From contig CDROCS010005983.1 in the NCBI GenBank assembly GCA_977020255.1, positions 1 to 58,595 on the forward strand: DNA of 58,595 nucleotides, in the 5' to 3' direction. Under the pieces are notes generated by a model. It was not told the origin of the DNA. It saw only the letters and a list, made by a program, of their open reading frames with translations, and ran no database searches. The translations under genes were made by a program, and so were the position numbers. The stretch's first letter is position 1; every line of letters begins with the position of its first letter. Below are positions 7,432 through 22,601 of the stretch, one piece after another. This stretch comes from Obrimoposthia wandeli. Taxonomy: Eukaryota.

Positions 7432-10400
7432 TTACTACACCATGATTACCGCTTCTTTCATGGTTTGGTTATTCGACTATGTTTCGAGTTGTATAGACTA
7501 AATTGTAAATATTTCTCTTTGAATATAGATTGCACAGGAATATGGTGTATAGAGTATATTGTAAAAAGAAAGTGCCTCATTATTGAAAATGCGAACAACT
7601 GTAAAGAAAAATTACCAAAATCTCATTAACTTTTATCAGAACAATCATTTAATATCCAGCCACCAGAACGACTGTAAAACATTTCTTTAGTGCCTACAAC
7701 TTATCAATATTTGGACACATTCAAATTCTCTAAATAAATCCATTTATGTACATTTTGATTTTTTAAACCAGACTCTAATTCAAGAAGGATTCCTTGCCCA
7801 CGTTCTATTCACCACGTTGTCTTCAATAAACTTTATTATACGCAGATGAATACGCGATTGACTGAAGTATTTCGGTTTTTGGTAATTTTTGCTATAAAAA
7901 CTTGTTAAAGTAAATACACCATCTTCATCTAAACTTAATTGACACAAAATATCTTATAAATATTAAAATGAGAAGATAAAAATTCTTCAAAGTCCGAAAC
8001 GTCCTACTTTTAAATAAGCCTGTATACATCCTAGATTCGACAGGATAACCCTCGTCGCGATACAAGTCTTGTCAGTCCTCAAAGACATCCGGATCCAGTT
8101 TGTACCCTCAAATCAGAACTCTGCATATTATCCTAGTCGGGAAAGATACCTGCTAGGAGAAGCCAAGGAAGACTGGGCTTATGTTTTCAGGGAGGAAACA
8201 AGACTATTCGCTGTGTACTAACAGACAAAAGTCTTCGAATGCCATTATCTCTTGTTGGCAATACGCCCCATTTATGTCTTAGTATTTTCTGTTCTCGTTG
8301 GTCACATCACTCTCTTCGCCTATCAAGCACTTATCCAGGCGTGATGGGATTGGCGAGATTTTTATATATAAGCAGCTGCGAAATATAAGTAATTACCAGT
8401 TTGCTATTGTCAATATTTATTGTAGGTTTTAGCAAAAGTTTAAATTTTTAGTAAAATATTTATATTAAAACCTAAACATTGAGTCTATTGTTTACGCCCA
8501 AGAATTTGAGAAGCCAGTATTCTTTTCAGAAGATTATATTTGGGAACTTCAGAAACTAACCCTGTTATGAAACCAAACAAAGTTAATTGAATTTTCTCCG
8601 TAGGGTTTGACAAGGAACACGGTGATAATTATTACATTGACATAAACAATATCTAAGAAACTCATTATCTATGACAGCTCATTGAATTTTTGTTCGAGTT
8701 ACTTTTGATATTAGAAAACCTCTGATTTAACAGTATCTGGGGAAATTATTATCTATGGCGCACTTTGATCTCCAGCAACAGAAAATGGACAACTGGTAAT
8801 AATAGTTTGTCATTCAGAATTCTAATTTAAAATTACTATATAAACAGTATTTCTGCATATTACGTCAAACTTCATTTAATCTTTCAGATAATTAAGATAA
8901 CAGTAACCCTGAATACTTTTAAACATCAAATTGGTTTAATTTAAATCGAACTTTAGTTTATTTTAATTATTAATTAAAATGTTCATTTCAATAAACGAAT
9001 TTTTTTTGTTGAATGAGCATTTGTTAAATTATACTGTGACTTATAATCGCTTGTCTTATTATAATAATCATCATTTTACCAGTTTTTATTTAAATACATA
9101 TTTATTAGTTTTTTAAATCCAGTGCTTTGATTTAACCCGATTATTATTATTTAATTTTTGGTAAATAGCACAACAATCAGGAATTATATTTAATGTTGTG
9201 AAATGAATTTGGCCTACTACTTACCAGGCTAGTTAAGCGATTTTGGACGAATTTGTAAAGAGGATTTAGTTTGGATTTGTCAACCATAGAGTGAATAGGA
9301 AGATGTGAAACTAAATATTCCGACGTTACAGAAAAAGACTGAAATGTCAATAGAATGCATCACTTACCCAATGTGTCGGGCTCCGATGTTTTCCCATTTC
9401 GCAACCACTACATGGGTCAGCACTGCGCGAGAGGTGTGGCATTCCGGTCGAGGCCAGACGCATCCCATCGATCGTCCTGGCATATTCGCTGAATCTCCAG
9501 CGACCCCGATAATGACAGTGGGCAGAACCATTCAATTTATGGAGGATCAAAACATCGAGGCGGACTTCGCTATATCCCCACCTGTTTTGCCGTTCCTACC
9601 TTGTTTTTTCTACCTGTTATCTTTTGACCCTACCTTCTCACCAGCTTCCTTGTAGAATACATATGTATAATAACTAAAGATAAAACTAATGATTCTGATT
9701 TTAATTCTTTTGTCTAAAATGTATTAGGAACGTGTATTAAACTTTATATACAAGATAAATAATTAATTAAACCCGGAACTCAAAATGATACAAAGTCTAT
9801 AATAAAAGCCGGATGCAAACTATGTTATTTTTAAAAAATTCAAGTCTCTAAGTTCGATCCCTACGATAAATATGTAGCCAGTAGAATTGCGCAACATCCG
9901 TCAAATTGTAAAATCATGCAATATTTGTATAAATCACATAGTTGCTGAATAATGTTACACAATATGGCAACATGCAACACCTAATTACGTGGTACAACGT
10001 AGAACTCTCTTTCAGAACAGATTGATGCTAACAAAATAATTAACTTTCCAATTTTCTGACGATTTTGAGACGTAGAAAATGATGCAGAATAGCTTACAGA
10101 TGAAGATGACTAAAATCATGTTTTCTGTAACTACAAATATAATATTATGTAATTGAACATTTCATAAACCTAATAAGAAAATAATTCTACTTTATAATCT
10201 ATAAGAATTTAATTTCAGTCTTTAAAAAACTGCGTTATATTTATATAAATAAAACTGTACCCATGTTAATTAATAAATTACAATATATTACAAGATGAGA
10301 ACTAATCTATTTGATTTCTAAATTTAACATTTATAAAATACTTATAAAACTCTAAAATATTAAGAAAATAGAAATCATTGTTTTGTTAGATTTTTTTAAT

Positions 10401-12763
10401 AATCTAATAAAATGTAACATATATAACATATAAAATATTTTCATTCAAAAACGCAGAATGTGCTGGCTACTATACATAAACGGATGTATATTTACATGGA
10501 TTCTCGCAAGGAAAAATCCTTCTATAATCAAGAAATCATATTATATTTTCAATAATATATGTAGAACTGTGACACCTAAATTCTCCAAGATTTACATAAA
10601 TTATTTCGAGAGGAAAAAAGTATCAACCGCTTAAAAAACTGATGTCAATCGAGAAAACACTTTAAACTTTTAAGTATAAGGCTCAAAAAATTTTATATAC
10701 CAATAAGAAAACAAAGAAACATACAGTTACTAAATAATGTGTATTGTCTGCAAAATTTCCGTTTACAGAATGCCAACGCCACCAGTTTGTCATTTTAAAA
10801 ACAGGTTCGTTCTTTAATTTGTTTATTTTTATTCTTTTTATGTTATTTTATCACCACTATCGCTATAATATTTATTTTTTATTTTACGTAACTCTCAATA
10901 ATTGTTGGCCCTTGGTCATTTTTTTAAAGTAATAAAATTATATTACCATTTTTTATATTTAATAAAGCCCAACAGTTACATTAAATTGTCAACACAAATT
11001 TACATTTCAAATGAAAATATATAAATAAAATTTTATAAGATTTTGCTTTAAAAATATTATTAATAAAAAATATATATTGTAATCATTTTTACATTATCTA
11101 TATTATTAGATTGAATGATTGAATTATTTGGACTTATATTTCTGATTTCGTAAGGGTTTCTGTAACATCTTTTTAAAGGTTAAGAGTAAGTTATACGTAA
11201 TTTACAACCAAATTAAAAATAAGTCGTACTTTAATGAATCAAAAATCATTTTAAAGCGTAAATTTATTTTGATTAAAAAATTATATATTAACAAAATTTA
11301 AATTATGGTTATCCTATACTACAAGAAGTACATATATATTTTGTAATACTAACATTTACACTCATTTATTAATGTTTTTCGGTTCAGGAGAAAATTAGTT
11401 GTCACAACCTACAATTGAACAACAAATCTCACTACTTGTAAGTATACCACTGAACTATCGGGACTCGTAATTTCTCCATATAAATCAACTAAGAATTTTA
11501 GAATGAGGATTGTACAATTATAATTTTTAAGTAGATTAATTTTGTTCAATACAGATCTTAACAATTTCGACAATTAATCATGATGATAAACTGATTTTTG
11601 ATCAAATAATCTAAGTAAAAATTCCACCTTTGTAGAACTGATACTTTTATAGAAACCAAAATTACTTAAATTTATATAAACCTTAGAATTTAAGTCACAC
11701 TCTTCTCATGACTTACCATATAGAGCCCTATCCCCGGGGATATGAGTCATTGATGATTCGTGTTCTTCATTCTCGGGGAATATATACCGGAAGATATCAC
11801 ATGACTAAAAAGCTATAAAAATAAGTTGTTAATAAAATATTAATATTAAAATGTAACAAATAATCTTTTCTAAATCGGCGTTCACAAATTTGTAAGGATT
11901 GAAATGAAAATTTAATAATCTAATTATTTTGAATATATGTATAAAGAAAACCATATTAATTCAATAAAAACTTTCATTTAGATATAGATTCACCTAATAT
12001 GTTACCAGTCGCCAACTCTGAACATGTAAAATGAAAATATCACCAGCGTTGAAATTTTAGGTGCATATAAAAATCTGTATGAAAGAATTTCTCATTTCTA
12101 AAATGAAACTGGACTCTCAACTAGTTGTTGTACTTGTTTCCTGTCAATGCCTGTTGTGAAGAAAATATATTAGAAAATAGCTATTAATAAATATCTAACA
12201 AATTCACTAAGAATGTATAGTGGATCTTTCTCATAAGCAGATCTGGTAATATTGAATGACGTTTAACAAAAATATCGCTTAAACCATGATATACAGCTAA
12301 CTTCAAAAAATATCACTTGCAAAGGTCTATTTTTTTTGATTAAATTATTATTAAATATAGAATTCTCAAAACTTTTGGACTCCCGTTCTTTTGTTCGTTT
12401 AATGTTAGCAGTTGAAGTGTTTTATTTGAGGGAAAATTTATTTAAATATAAATATTTAATGATCTTGATTTTTGAAACTTAAAGCTTTAAATTGAAAAAA
12501 AATCAACTTAATTATTTAAATAGGTTTTCAGTTTTTGCCTAACTTAACCTAAATGTTTTTAGGGAATTTTAGAAAATTATCGTATTTGTAGAAAGTTAAA
12601 CCAGCAAATTGCAGAATGGAAAGAGACATGTGTATGACGGGAAGACAAAACCTTGGTAATCGATAATTGGACTTATAAATAGCCGAATAAACATGCGACA
12701 TAATATGAGCAGAATTTGAGAAGAAAGTGAAATCCAAGGCGAATTTCTGGTGACCCCCCTTCG

Positions 12764-13776
12764 TCATCTATATTCCCTTCAACTACTACAACACAAATTG
12801 GTGTCAGAAGGAAACCCAGTGCCACAACAACAAGCATCAACAATCCTCGCTCCAACAGCCAACAATATACTGTCTCAACATCAACGCCTCCTACTGTCGC
12901 CAAACAACAATTCAACGCCTCTCAACAAATCTCAATTTCATTATAACACTTATATTGCTTATATTTGCATAATTGTATTTTTGTTGTTGTATTTTTATAT
13001 GTCTAAATTATTCAATTTTAGCATAAAAAAGATTTAGACTAACAATAAAAGTTAGTTTACAACAACTGAAATAAATTCAAAACATATGACTAATCTATTT
13101 TGAATATTTTGAATATTTATTTTTGACCTATTTCACTTAAAGTAATTAATATTTTGAATATTTTGAATATTTATTTTTGACCTATTTCACTTAAAGTAAT
13201 TAAAGTGAAACCATTTTTATTTGTTATAAATAAAGTGTCTCTGTTGTGACCCCTAAGCAACCCCGGTGGTCTTATTATGGTTGTGAAATTATTTTATAAG
13301 TAAAAATTGTTAATTTATCGGTTATAAATAAATCGTTATTTGATTATTACTCTTTTAATCCCGGGTCTCCTACAATTTTCTCTTCTCATCTATATTCCCT
13401 TCAACTACTACAACACAAATTGGTGTCAGAAGGAAACCCAGTGCCACAACAACAAGCATCAACAATCCTCGCTCCAACAGCCAACAATATACTGTCTCAA
13501 CATCAACGCCTCCTACTGTCGCCAAACAACAATTCAACGCCTCTCAACAAATCTCAATTTCATTATAACACTTATATTGCTTATATTTGCATAATTGTAT
13601 TTTTGTTGTTGTATTTTTATATGTCTAAATTATTCAATTTTAGCATAAAAAAGATTTAGACTAACAACAAAAGTTAGTTTACAACAACTGAAATAAATTC
13701 AAAACATATGACTAATCTATTTTGAATATTTTGAATATTTATTTTTGACCTATTTCACTTAAAGTAATTAATATTT
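12764..13776 (+). repeat. 622-bp module, 2 core copies (unit 2)
   Basis: The core TCATCTATATTCCC...TAATATTT (~390 bp) occurs at 12764 and 13386, separated by the rest of a 54-bp duplication and a 182-bp spacer. Confidence 0.95.
13096..13203 (+). repeat. Perfect 54-bp tandem duplication at each module junction
   Basis: TATTTTGAATATTTTGAATATTTATTTTTGACCTATTTCACTTAAAGTAATTAA occurs twice (13096-13149, 13150-13203) and itself contains TATTTTGAA x2. Confidence 0.9.
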
Positions 13777-14047
13777 AATTCGAGAAATTCAACCAAGCGC
13801 AGGTAAACGGCGAGAGTAACTACGACTTTCTGAGGGAGACAAAAACAGGAATCTATGAGATTCTTCGAGAGGACCATAATATAAGTAAAAATACAGAGGA
13901 TATTTTACTTAGAATAATTAATATTATAAATATTAATTCTGACCAATGTAATTTGGATAAAAACAATTTAAATCAAAAAGTAATTAATAGAAAACACTTG
14001 AGTCCTGTTTTGAATTATAAAATTCGAAAGATAAAATCCTTTTTTAT

Positions 14048-14831
14048 ATGCCATTTCAACATTACCGATTCAGCACTCTTGGAGTGTCTTTAAGTAGTGC
14101 ACTAGAAGAATTTGCTGAAATGTACAAATTACCGAGAACTTTTACTCAACAAGTAATCTTTATTGTATATTGTCATTCAATAGAAATTTTAGGTTTATAA
14201 TGAGTTTGACGATATTATAAATGACAAACTTGAGAAAAATGTCACAGATAAGATGACATTTAACGGTGATATGAGAGCGTACAGGTTTTGTGACAGTGTT
14301 TGGACATTCATTATGGAAAATTTGATCGTAATACAAAATGGAAAAAAGAAACTTTATCCGAAGGTTAGTTAATAAAAAAAATTACCAAGTATTTTGTTTA
14401 GATTTTTTTAACTTATAGCATTGAGATAAAGCATAATTTTGATAAATTGTAATGTATGCGAAGTCATTTGATTATTCGTAATGGTAAACATATATATTTA
14501 AATACACTTTTTAAAACATTCTCTTTCTTTTAAATTAACATATAAATAGCCAAGCTGTACATTATTGCCATCATTTATAATACATATATTTTTAAAGTAC
14601 CTCAAACATGTGCATATTGAGCATTTTTGTTACAAATACCTATTCTCTTAACACCGGTTATTAAAAAACTCTTTTTTGCACTTAGAACTTTTCATACAAT
14701 CACATTTTCTCATCGATTTTTCTTGTATTCAGGTCAAAATCGTGGCTGTGGATCAACAAACAAACAGTAAGCGGAAATTGGAAGTCGATGATGAAGAAGT
14801 ACAGCCACCATCTAAAAGATATCGATATTAA
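14048..14831 (+). CDS. GTF2A2-like: TFIIA-gamma homolog copy 2; exons 14048-14152, 14193-14363, 14733-14831
   Basis: Exons appear identical to copy 1 and splice sites are intact. Confidence 0.92.
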
Positions 14832-17800
14832 ATGAATATTGAAAAATAAAAATGTTTTTGTTTTGCAATATTAATTATCTATCTCTATTTTTATAACCTT
14901 GCCATTTCCCTTTTTCCCATTTCTCTCCCGGTGTTGAAATTTGAATTGGTTTTCAAATGCTATGGTGAGTTGGATCATGTAAATTCAAATAATGTGCGTC
15001 CCAGCGATTCGTTTAAAATATTCCAGAATTCATCGTACAGTAATAAGGACTGAATGATGCATTTCCCTGATCTATATTTCCTGTAAATCCGACTAGAGTA
15101 TATTGTCTAAAACCAGACCCATCAGTGGTAATCCAATGTTCAGTGTCATGGTAGTGTATCATATCATCACATGTAGGAATGTTCCAAATGTTATCACGGC
15201 CTAGGACATGTCCACGATTTACACTGCATGAAGGAGAGGAAGTTGTTTGGCATGACCGCCCGTTAATCTGATAATTGTGACTAGACTCATACTTCAGTTT
15301 CGCTTCATCGTTTTGAAGGCATCTAGTTTGCAATAACTTGAATTTCGTTAGAATAATTTGCACTTACTACACCATGATTACCGCTTCTTTCATGGTTTGG
15401 TTATTCGACTATGTTTCGAGTTGTATAGACTAAATTGTAAATATTTCTCTTTGAATATAGATTGCACAGGAATATGGTGTATAGAGTATATTGTAAAAAG
15501 AAAGTGCCTCATTATTGAAAATGCGAACAACTGTAAAGAAAAATTACCAAAATCTCATTAACTTTTATCAGAACAATCATTTAATATCCAGCCATCAGAA
15601 CGACTGTAAAACATTTCTTTAGTGCCTACAACTTATCAATATTTGGACACATTCAAATTCTCTAAATAAATCCATTTATGTACATTTTGATTTTTTTAAA
15701 CCAGACTCTAATTCAAGAAGGATTCCTTGCCCACGTTCTATTCACCACGTTGTCTTCAATAAACTTTATTATACGCAGATGAATACGCGATTGACTGAAG
15801 TATTTCGGTTTTTGGTAATTTTTGCTATAAAAACTTGTTAAAGTAAATACACCATCTTCATCTAAACTTAATTGACACAAAATATCTTATAAATATTAAA
15901 ATGAGAAGATAAAAATTCTTCAAAGTCCGAAACGTCCTACTTTTAAATAAGCCTGTATACATCCTAGATTCGACAGGGGTACCCTCGTCGCGATACAAGT
16001 CTTGTCAGTCCTCAAAGACATCCGGATCCAGTTTGTACCCTCAAATCAGAACTCTGCATATTATCCTAGTCGGGAAAGATACCTGCTAGGAGAAGCCAAG
16101 GAAGACTGGGCTTATGTTTTCAGGGAGGAAACAAGACTATTCGCTGTGTACTAACAGACAAAAGTCTTCGAATGCCATTATCTCTTGTTGGCAATACGCC
16201 CCATTTATGTCTTAGTATTTTCTGTTCTCGTTGGTCACATCACTCTCTTCGCCTATCAAGCACTTATCCAGGCGTGATGGGATTGGCGAGATTTTTATAT
16301 ATAAGCAGCTGCGAAATATAAGTAATTACCAGTTTGCTATTGTCAATATTTATTGTAGGTTTTAGCAAAAGTTTAAATTTTTAGTAAAATATTTATATTA
16401 AAACCTAAACATTGAGTCTATTGTTTACGCCCAAGAATTTGAGAAGCCAGTATTCTTTTCAGAAGATTATATTTGGGAACTTCAGAAACTAACCCTGTTA
16501 TGAAACCAAACAAAGTTAATTGAATTTTCTCCGTAGGGTTTGACAAGGAACACGGTGATAATTATTACATTGACATAAACAATATCTAAGAAACTCATTA
16601 TCTATGACAGCTCATTGAATTTTTGTTCGAGTTACTTTTGATATTAGAAAACCTCTGATTTAACAGTATCTGGGGAAATTATTATCTATGGCGCACTTTG
16701 ATCTCCAGCAACAGAAAATGGACAACTGGTAATAATAGTTTGTCATTCAGAATTCTAATTTAAAATTACTATATAAACAGTATTTCTGCATATTACGTCA
16801 AACTTCATTTAATCTTTCAGATAATTAAGATAACAGTAACCCTGAATACTTTTAAACATCAAATTGGTTTAATTTAAATCGAACTTTAGTTTATTTTAAT
16901 TATTAATTAAAATGTTCATTTCAATAAACGAATTTTTTTTTGTTGAATGAGCATTTGTTAAATTATACTGTGACTTATAATCGCTTGTCTTATTATAATA
17001 ATCATCATTTTACCAGTTTTTATTTAAATACATCTTTATTAGTTTTTTAAATCCAGTGCTTTGATTTAACCCGATTATTATTATTTAATTTTTGGTAAAT
17101 AGCACAACAATCAGGAATTATATTTAATGTTGTGAAATGAATTTGGCCTACTACTTACCAGGCTAGTTAAGCGATTTTGGACGAATTTGTAAAGAGGATT
17201 TAGTTTGGATTTGTCAACCATAGAGTGAATAGGAAGATGTGAAACTAAATATTCCGACGTTACAGAAAAAGACTGAAATGTCAATAGAATGCATCACTTA
17301 CCCAATGTGTCGGGCTCCGATGTTTTCCCATTTCGCAACCACTACATGGGTCAGCACTGCGCGAGAGGTGTGGCATTCCGGTCGAGGCCAGACGCATCCC
17401 ATCGATCGTCCTGGCATATTCGCTGAATCTCCAGCGACCCCGATAATGACAGTGGGCAGAACCATTCAATTTATGGAGGATCAAAACATCGAGGCGGACT
17501 TCGCTATATCCCCACCTGTTTTGCCGTTCCTACCTTGTTTTTTCTACCTGTTATCTTTTGACCCTACCTTCTCACCAGCTTCCTTGTAGAATACATATGT
17601 ATAATAACTAAAGATAAAACTAATGATTCTGATTTTAATTCTTTTGTCTAAAATGTATTAGGAACGTGTATTAAACTTTATATACAAGATAAATAATTAA
17701 TTAAACCCGGAACTCAAAATGATACAAAGTCTATAATAAAAGCCGGATGCAAACTATGTTATTTTTAAAAAATTCAAGTCTCTAAGTTCGATCCCTACGA

Positions 17801-20696
17801 TAAATATGTAGCCAGTAGAATTGCGCAACATCCGTCAAATTGTAAAATCATGCAATATTTGTATAAATCACATAGTTGCTGAATAATGTTACACAATATG
17901 GCAACATGCAACACCTAATTACGTGGTACAACGTAGAACTCTCTTTCAGAACAGATTGATGCTAACAAAATAATTAACTTTCCAATTTTCTGACGATTTT
18001 GAGACGTAGAAAATGATGCAGAATAGCTTACAGATGAAGATGACTAAAATCATGTTTTCTGTAACTACAAATATAATATTATGTAATTGAACATTTCATA
18101 AACCTAATAAGAAAATAATTCTACTTTATAATCTATAAGAATTTAATTTCAGTCTTTAAAAAACTGCGTTATATTTATATAAATAAAACTGTACCCATGT
18201 TAATTAATAAATTACAATATATTACAAGATGAGAACTAATCTATTTGATTTCTAAATTTAACATTTATAAAATACTTATAAAACTCTAAAATATTAAGAA
18301 AATAGAAATCATTGTTTTGTTAGATTTTTTTAATAATCTAATAAAATGTAACATATATAACATATAAAATATTTTCATTCAAAAACGCAGAATGTGCTGG
18401 CTACTATACATAAACGGATGTATATTTACATGGATTCTCGCAAGGAAAAATCCTTCTATAATCAAGAAATCATATTATATTTTCAATAATATATGTAGAA
18501 CTGTGACACCTAAATTCTCCAAGATTTACATAAATTATTTCGAGAGGAAAAAAGTATCAACCGCTTAAAAAACTGATGTCAATCGAGAAAACACTTTAAA
18601 CTTTTAAGTATAAGGCTCAAAAAATTTTATATACCAATAAGAAAACAAAGAAACATACAGTTACTAAATAATGTGTATTGTCTGCAAAATTTCCGTTTAC
18701 AGAATGCCAACGCCACCAGTTTGTCATTTTAAAAACAGGTTCGTTCTTTAATTTGTTTATTTTTATTCTTTTTATGTTATTTTATCACCACTATCGCTAT
18801 AATATTTATTTTTTATTTTACGTAACTCTCAATAATTGTTGGCCCTTGGTCATTTTTTTAAAGTAATAAAATTATATTACCATTTTTTATATTTAATAAA
18901 GCCCAACAGTTACATTAAATTGTCAACACAAATTTACATTTCAAATGAAAATATATAAATAAAATTTTATAAGATTTTGCTTTAAAAATATTATTAATAA
19001 AAAATATATATTGTAATCATTTTTACATTATCTATATTATTAGATTGAATGATTGAATTATTTGGACTTATATTTCTGATTTCGTAAGGGTTTCTGTAAC
19101 ATCTTTTTAAAGGTTAAGAGTAAGTTATACGTAATTTACAACCAAATTAAAAATAAGTCGTACTTTAATGAATCAAAAATCATTTTAAAGCGTAAATTTA
19201 TTTTGATTAAAAAATTATATATTAACAAAATTTAAATTATGGTTATCCTATACTACAAGAAGTACATATATATTTTGTAATACTAACATTTACACTCATT
19301 TATTAATGTTTTTCGGTTCAGGAGAAAATTAGTTGTCACAACCTACAATTGAACAACAAATCTCACTACTTGTAAGTATACCACTGAACTATCGGGACTC
19401 GTAATTTCTCCATATAAATCAACTAAGAATTTTAGAATGAGGATTGTACAATTATAATTTTTAAGTAGATTAATTTTGTTCAATACAGATCTTAACAATT
19501 TCGACAATTAATCATGATGATAAACTGATTTTTGATCAAATAATCTAAGTAAAAATTCCACCTTTGTAGAACTGATACTTTTATAGAAACCAAAATTACT
19601 TAAATTTATATAAACCTTAGAATTTAAGTCACACTCTTCTCATGACTTACCATATAGAGCCCTATCCCCGGGGATATGAGTCATTGATGATTCGTGTTCT
19701 TCATTCTCGGGGAATATATACCGGAAGATATCACATGACTAAAAAGCTATAAAAATAAGTTGTTAATAAAATATTAATATTAAAATGTAACAAATAATCT
19801 TTTCTAAATCGGCGTTCACAAATTTGTAAGGATTGAAATGAAAATTTAATAATCTAATTATTTTGAATATATGTATAAAGAAAACCATATTAATTCAATA
19901 AAAACTTTCATTTAGATATAGATTCACCTAATATGTTACCAGTCGCCAACTCTGAACATGTAAAATGAAAATATCACCAGCGTTGAAATTTTAGGTGCAT
20001 ATAAAAATCTGTATGAAAGAATTTCTCATTTCTAAAATGAAACTGGACTCTCAACTAGTTGTTGTACTTGTTTCCTGTCAATGCCTGTTGTGAAGAAAAT
20101 ATATTAGAAAATAGCTATTAATAAATATCTAACAAATTCACTAAGAATGTATAGTGGATCTTTCTCATAAGCAGATCTGGTAATATTGAATGACGTTTAA
20201 CAAAAATATCGCTTAAACCATGATATACAGCTAACTTCAAAAAATATCACTTGCAAAGGTCTATTTTTTTGATTAAATTATTATTAAATATAGAATTCTC
20301 AAAACTTTTGGACTCCCGTTCTTTTGTTCGTTTAATGTTAGCAGTTGAAGTGTTTTATTTGAGGGAAAATTTATTTAAATATAAATATTTAATGATCTTG
20401 ATTTTTGAAACTTAAAGCTTTAAATTGAAAAAAAATCAACTTAATTATTTAAATAGGTTTTCAGTTTTTGCCTAACTTAACCTAAATGTTTTTAGGGAAT
20501 TTTAGAAAATTATCGTATTTGTAGAAAGTTAAACCAGCAAATTGCAGAATGGAAAGAGACATGTGTATGACGGGAAGACAAAACCTTGGTAATCGATAAT
20601 TGGACTTATAAATAGCCGAATAAACATGCGACATAATATGAGCAGAATTTGAGAAGAAAGTGAAATCCAAGGCGAATTTCTGGTGACCCCCCTTCG

Positions 20697-22330
20697 TCAT
20701 CTATATTCCCTTCAACTACTACAACACAAATTGGTGTCAGAAGGAAACCCAGTGCCACAACAACAAGCATCAACAATCCTCGCTCCAACAGCCAACAATA
20801 TACTGTCTCAACATCAACGCCTCCTACTGTCGCCAAACAACAATTCAACGCCTCTCAACAAATCTCAATTTCATTATAACACTTATATTGCTTATATTTG
20901 CATAATTGTATTTTTGTTGTTGTATTTTTATATGTCTAAATTATTCAATTTTAGCATAAAAAAGATTTAGACTAACAATAAAAGTTAGTTTACAACAACT
21001 GAAATAAATTCAAAACATATGACTAATCTATTTTGAATATTTTGAATATTTATTTTTGACCTATTTCACTTAAAGTAATTAATATTTTGAATATTTTGAA
21101 TATTTATTTTTGACCTATTTCACTTAAAGTAATTAAAGTGAAACCATTTTTATTTGTTATAAATAAAGTGTCTCTGTTGTGACCCCTAAGCAACCCCGGT
21201 GGTCTTATTATGGTTGTGAAATTATTTTATAAGTAAAAATTGTTAATTTATCGGTTATAAATAAATCGTTATTTGATTATTACTCTTTTAATCCCGGGTC
21301 TCCTACAATTTTCTCTTCTCATCTATATTCCCTTCAACTACTACAACACAAATTGGTGTCAGAAGGAAACCCAGTGCCACAACAACAAGCATCAACAATC
21401 CTCGCTCCAACAGCCAACAATATACTGTCTCAACATCAACGCCTCCTACTGTCGCCAAACAACAATTCAACGCCTCTCAACAAATCTCAATTTCATTATA
21501 ACACTTATATTGCTTATATTTGCATAATTGTATTTTTGTTGTTGTATTTTTATATGTCTAAATTATTCAATTTTAGCATAAAAAAGATTTAGACTAACAA
21601 CAAATGTTAGTTTACAACAACTGAAATAAATTCAAAACATATGACTAATCTATTTTGAATATTTTGAATATTTATTTTTGACCTATTTCACTTAAAGTAA
21701 TTAATATTTTGAATATTTTGAATATTTATTTTTGACCTATTTCACTTAAAGTAATTAAAGTGAAACCATTTTTATTTGTTATAAATAAAGTGTCTCTGTT
21801 GTGACCCCTAAGCAACCCCGGTGGTCTTATTATGGTTGTGAAATTATTTTATAAGTAAAAATTGTTAATTTATCGGTTATAAATAAATCGTTATTTGATT
21901 ATTACTCTTTTAATCCCGGGTCTCCTACAATTTTCTCTTCTCATCTATATTCCCTTCAACTACTACAACACAAATTGGTGTCAGAAGGAAACCCAGTGCC
22001 ACAACAACAAGCATCAACAATCCTCGCTCCAACAGCCAACAATATACTGTCTCAACATCAACGCCTCCTACTGTCGCCAAACAACAATTCAACGCCTCTC
22101 AACAAATCTCAATTTCATTATAACACTTATATTGCTTATATTTGCATAATTGTATTTTTGTTGTTGTATTTTTATATGTCTAAATTATTCAATTTTAGCA
22201 TAAAAAGATTTAGACTAACAACAAAAGTTAGTTTACAACAACTGAAATAAATTCAAAACATATGACTAATCTATTTTGAATATTTTGAATATTTATTTTT
22301 GACCTATTTCACTTAAAGTAATTAATATTT
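20697..22330 (+). repeat. 622-bp module, 3 core copies (unit 3)
   Basis: ORF landmarks at 21353 and 21975, and at 21273 and 21895, are 622 bp apart. Confidence 0.95.
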
Positions 22331-22601
22331 AATTCGAGAAATTCAACCAAGCGCAGGTAAACGGCGAGAGTAACTACGACTTTCTGAGGGAGACAAAAAC
22401 AGGAATCTATGAGATTCTTCGAGAGGACCATAATATAAGTAAAAATACAGAGGATATTTTACTTAGAATAATTAATATTATAAATATTAATTCTGACCAA
22501 TGTAATTTGGATAAAAACAATTTAAATCAAAAAGTAATTAATAGAAAACACTTGAGTCCTGTTTTGAATTATAAAATTCGAAAGATAAAATCCTTTTTTA
22601 T

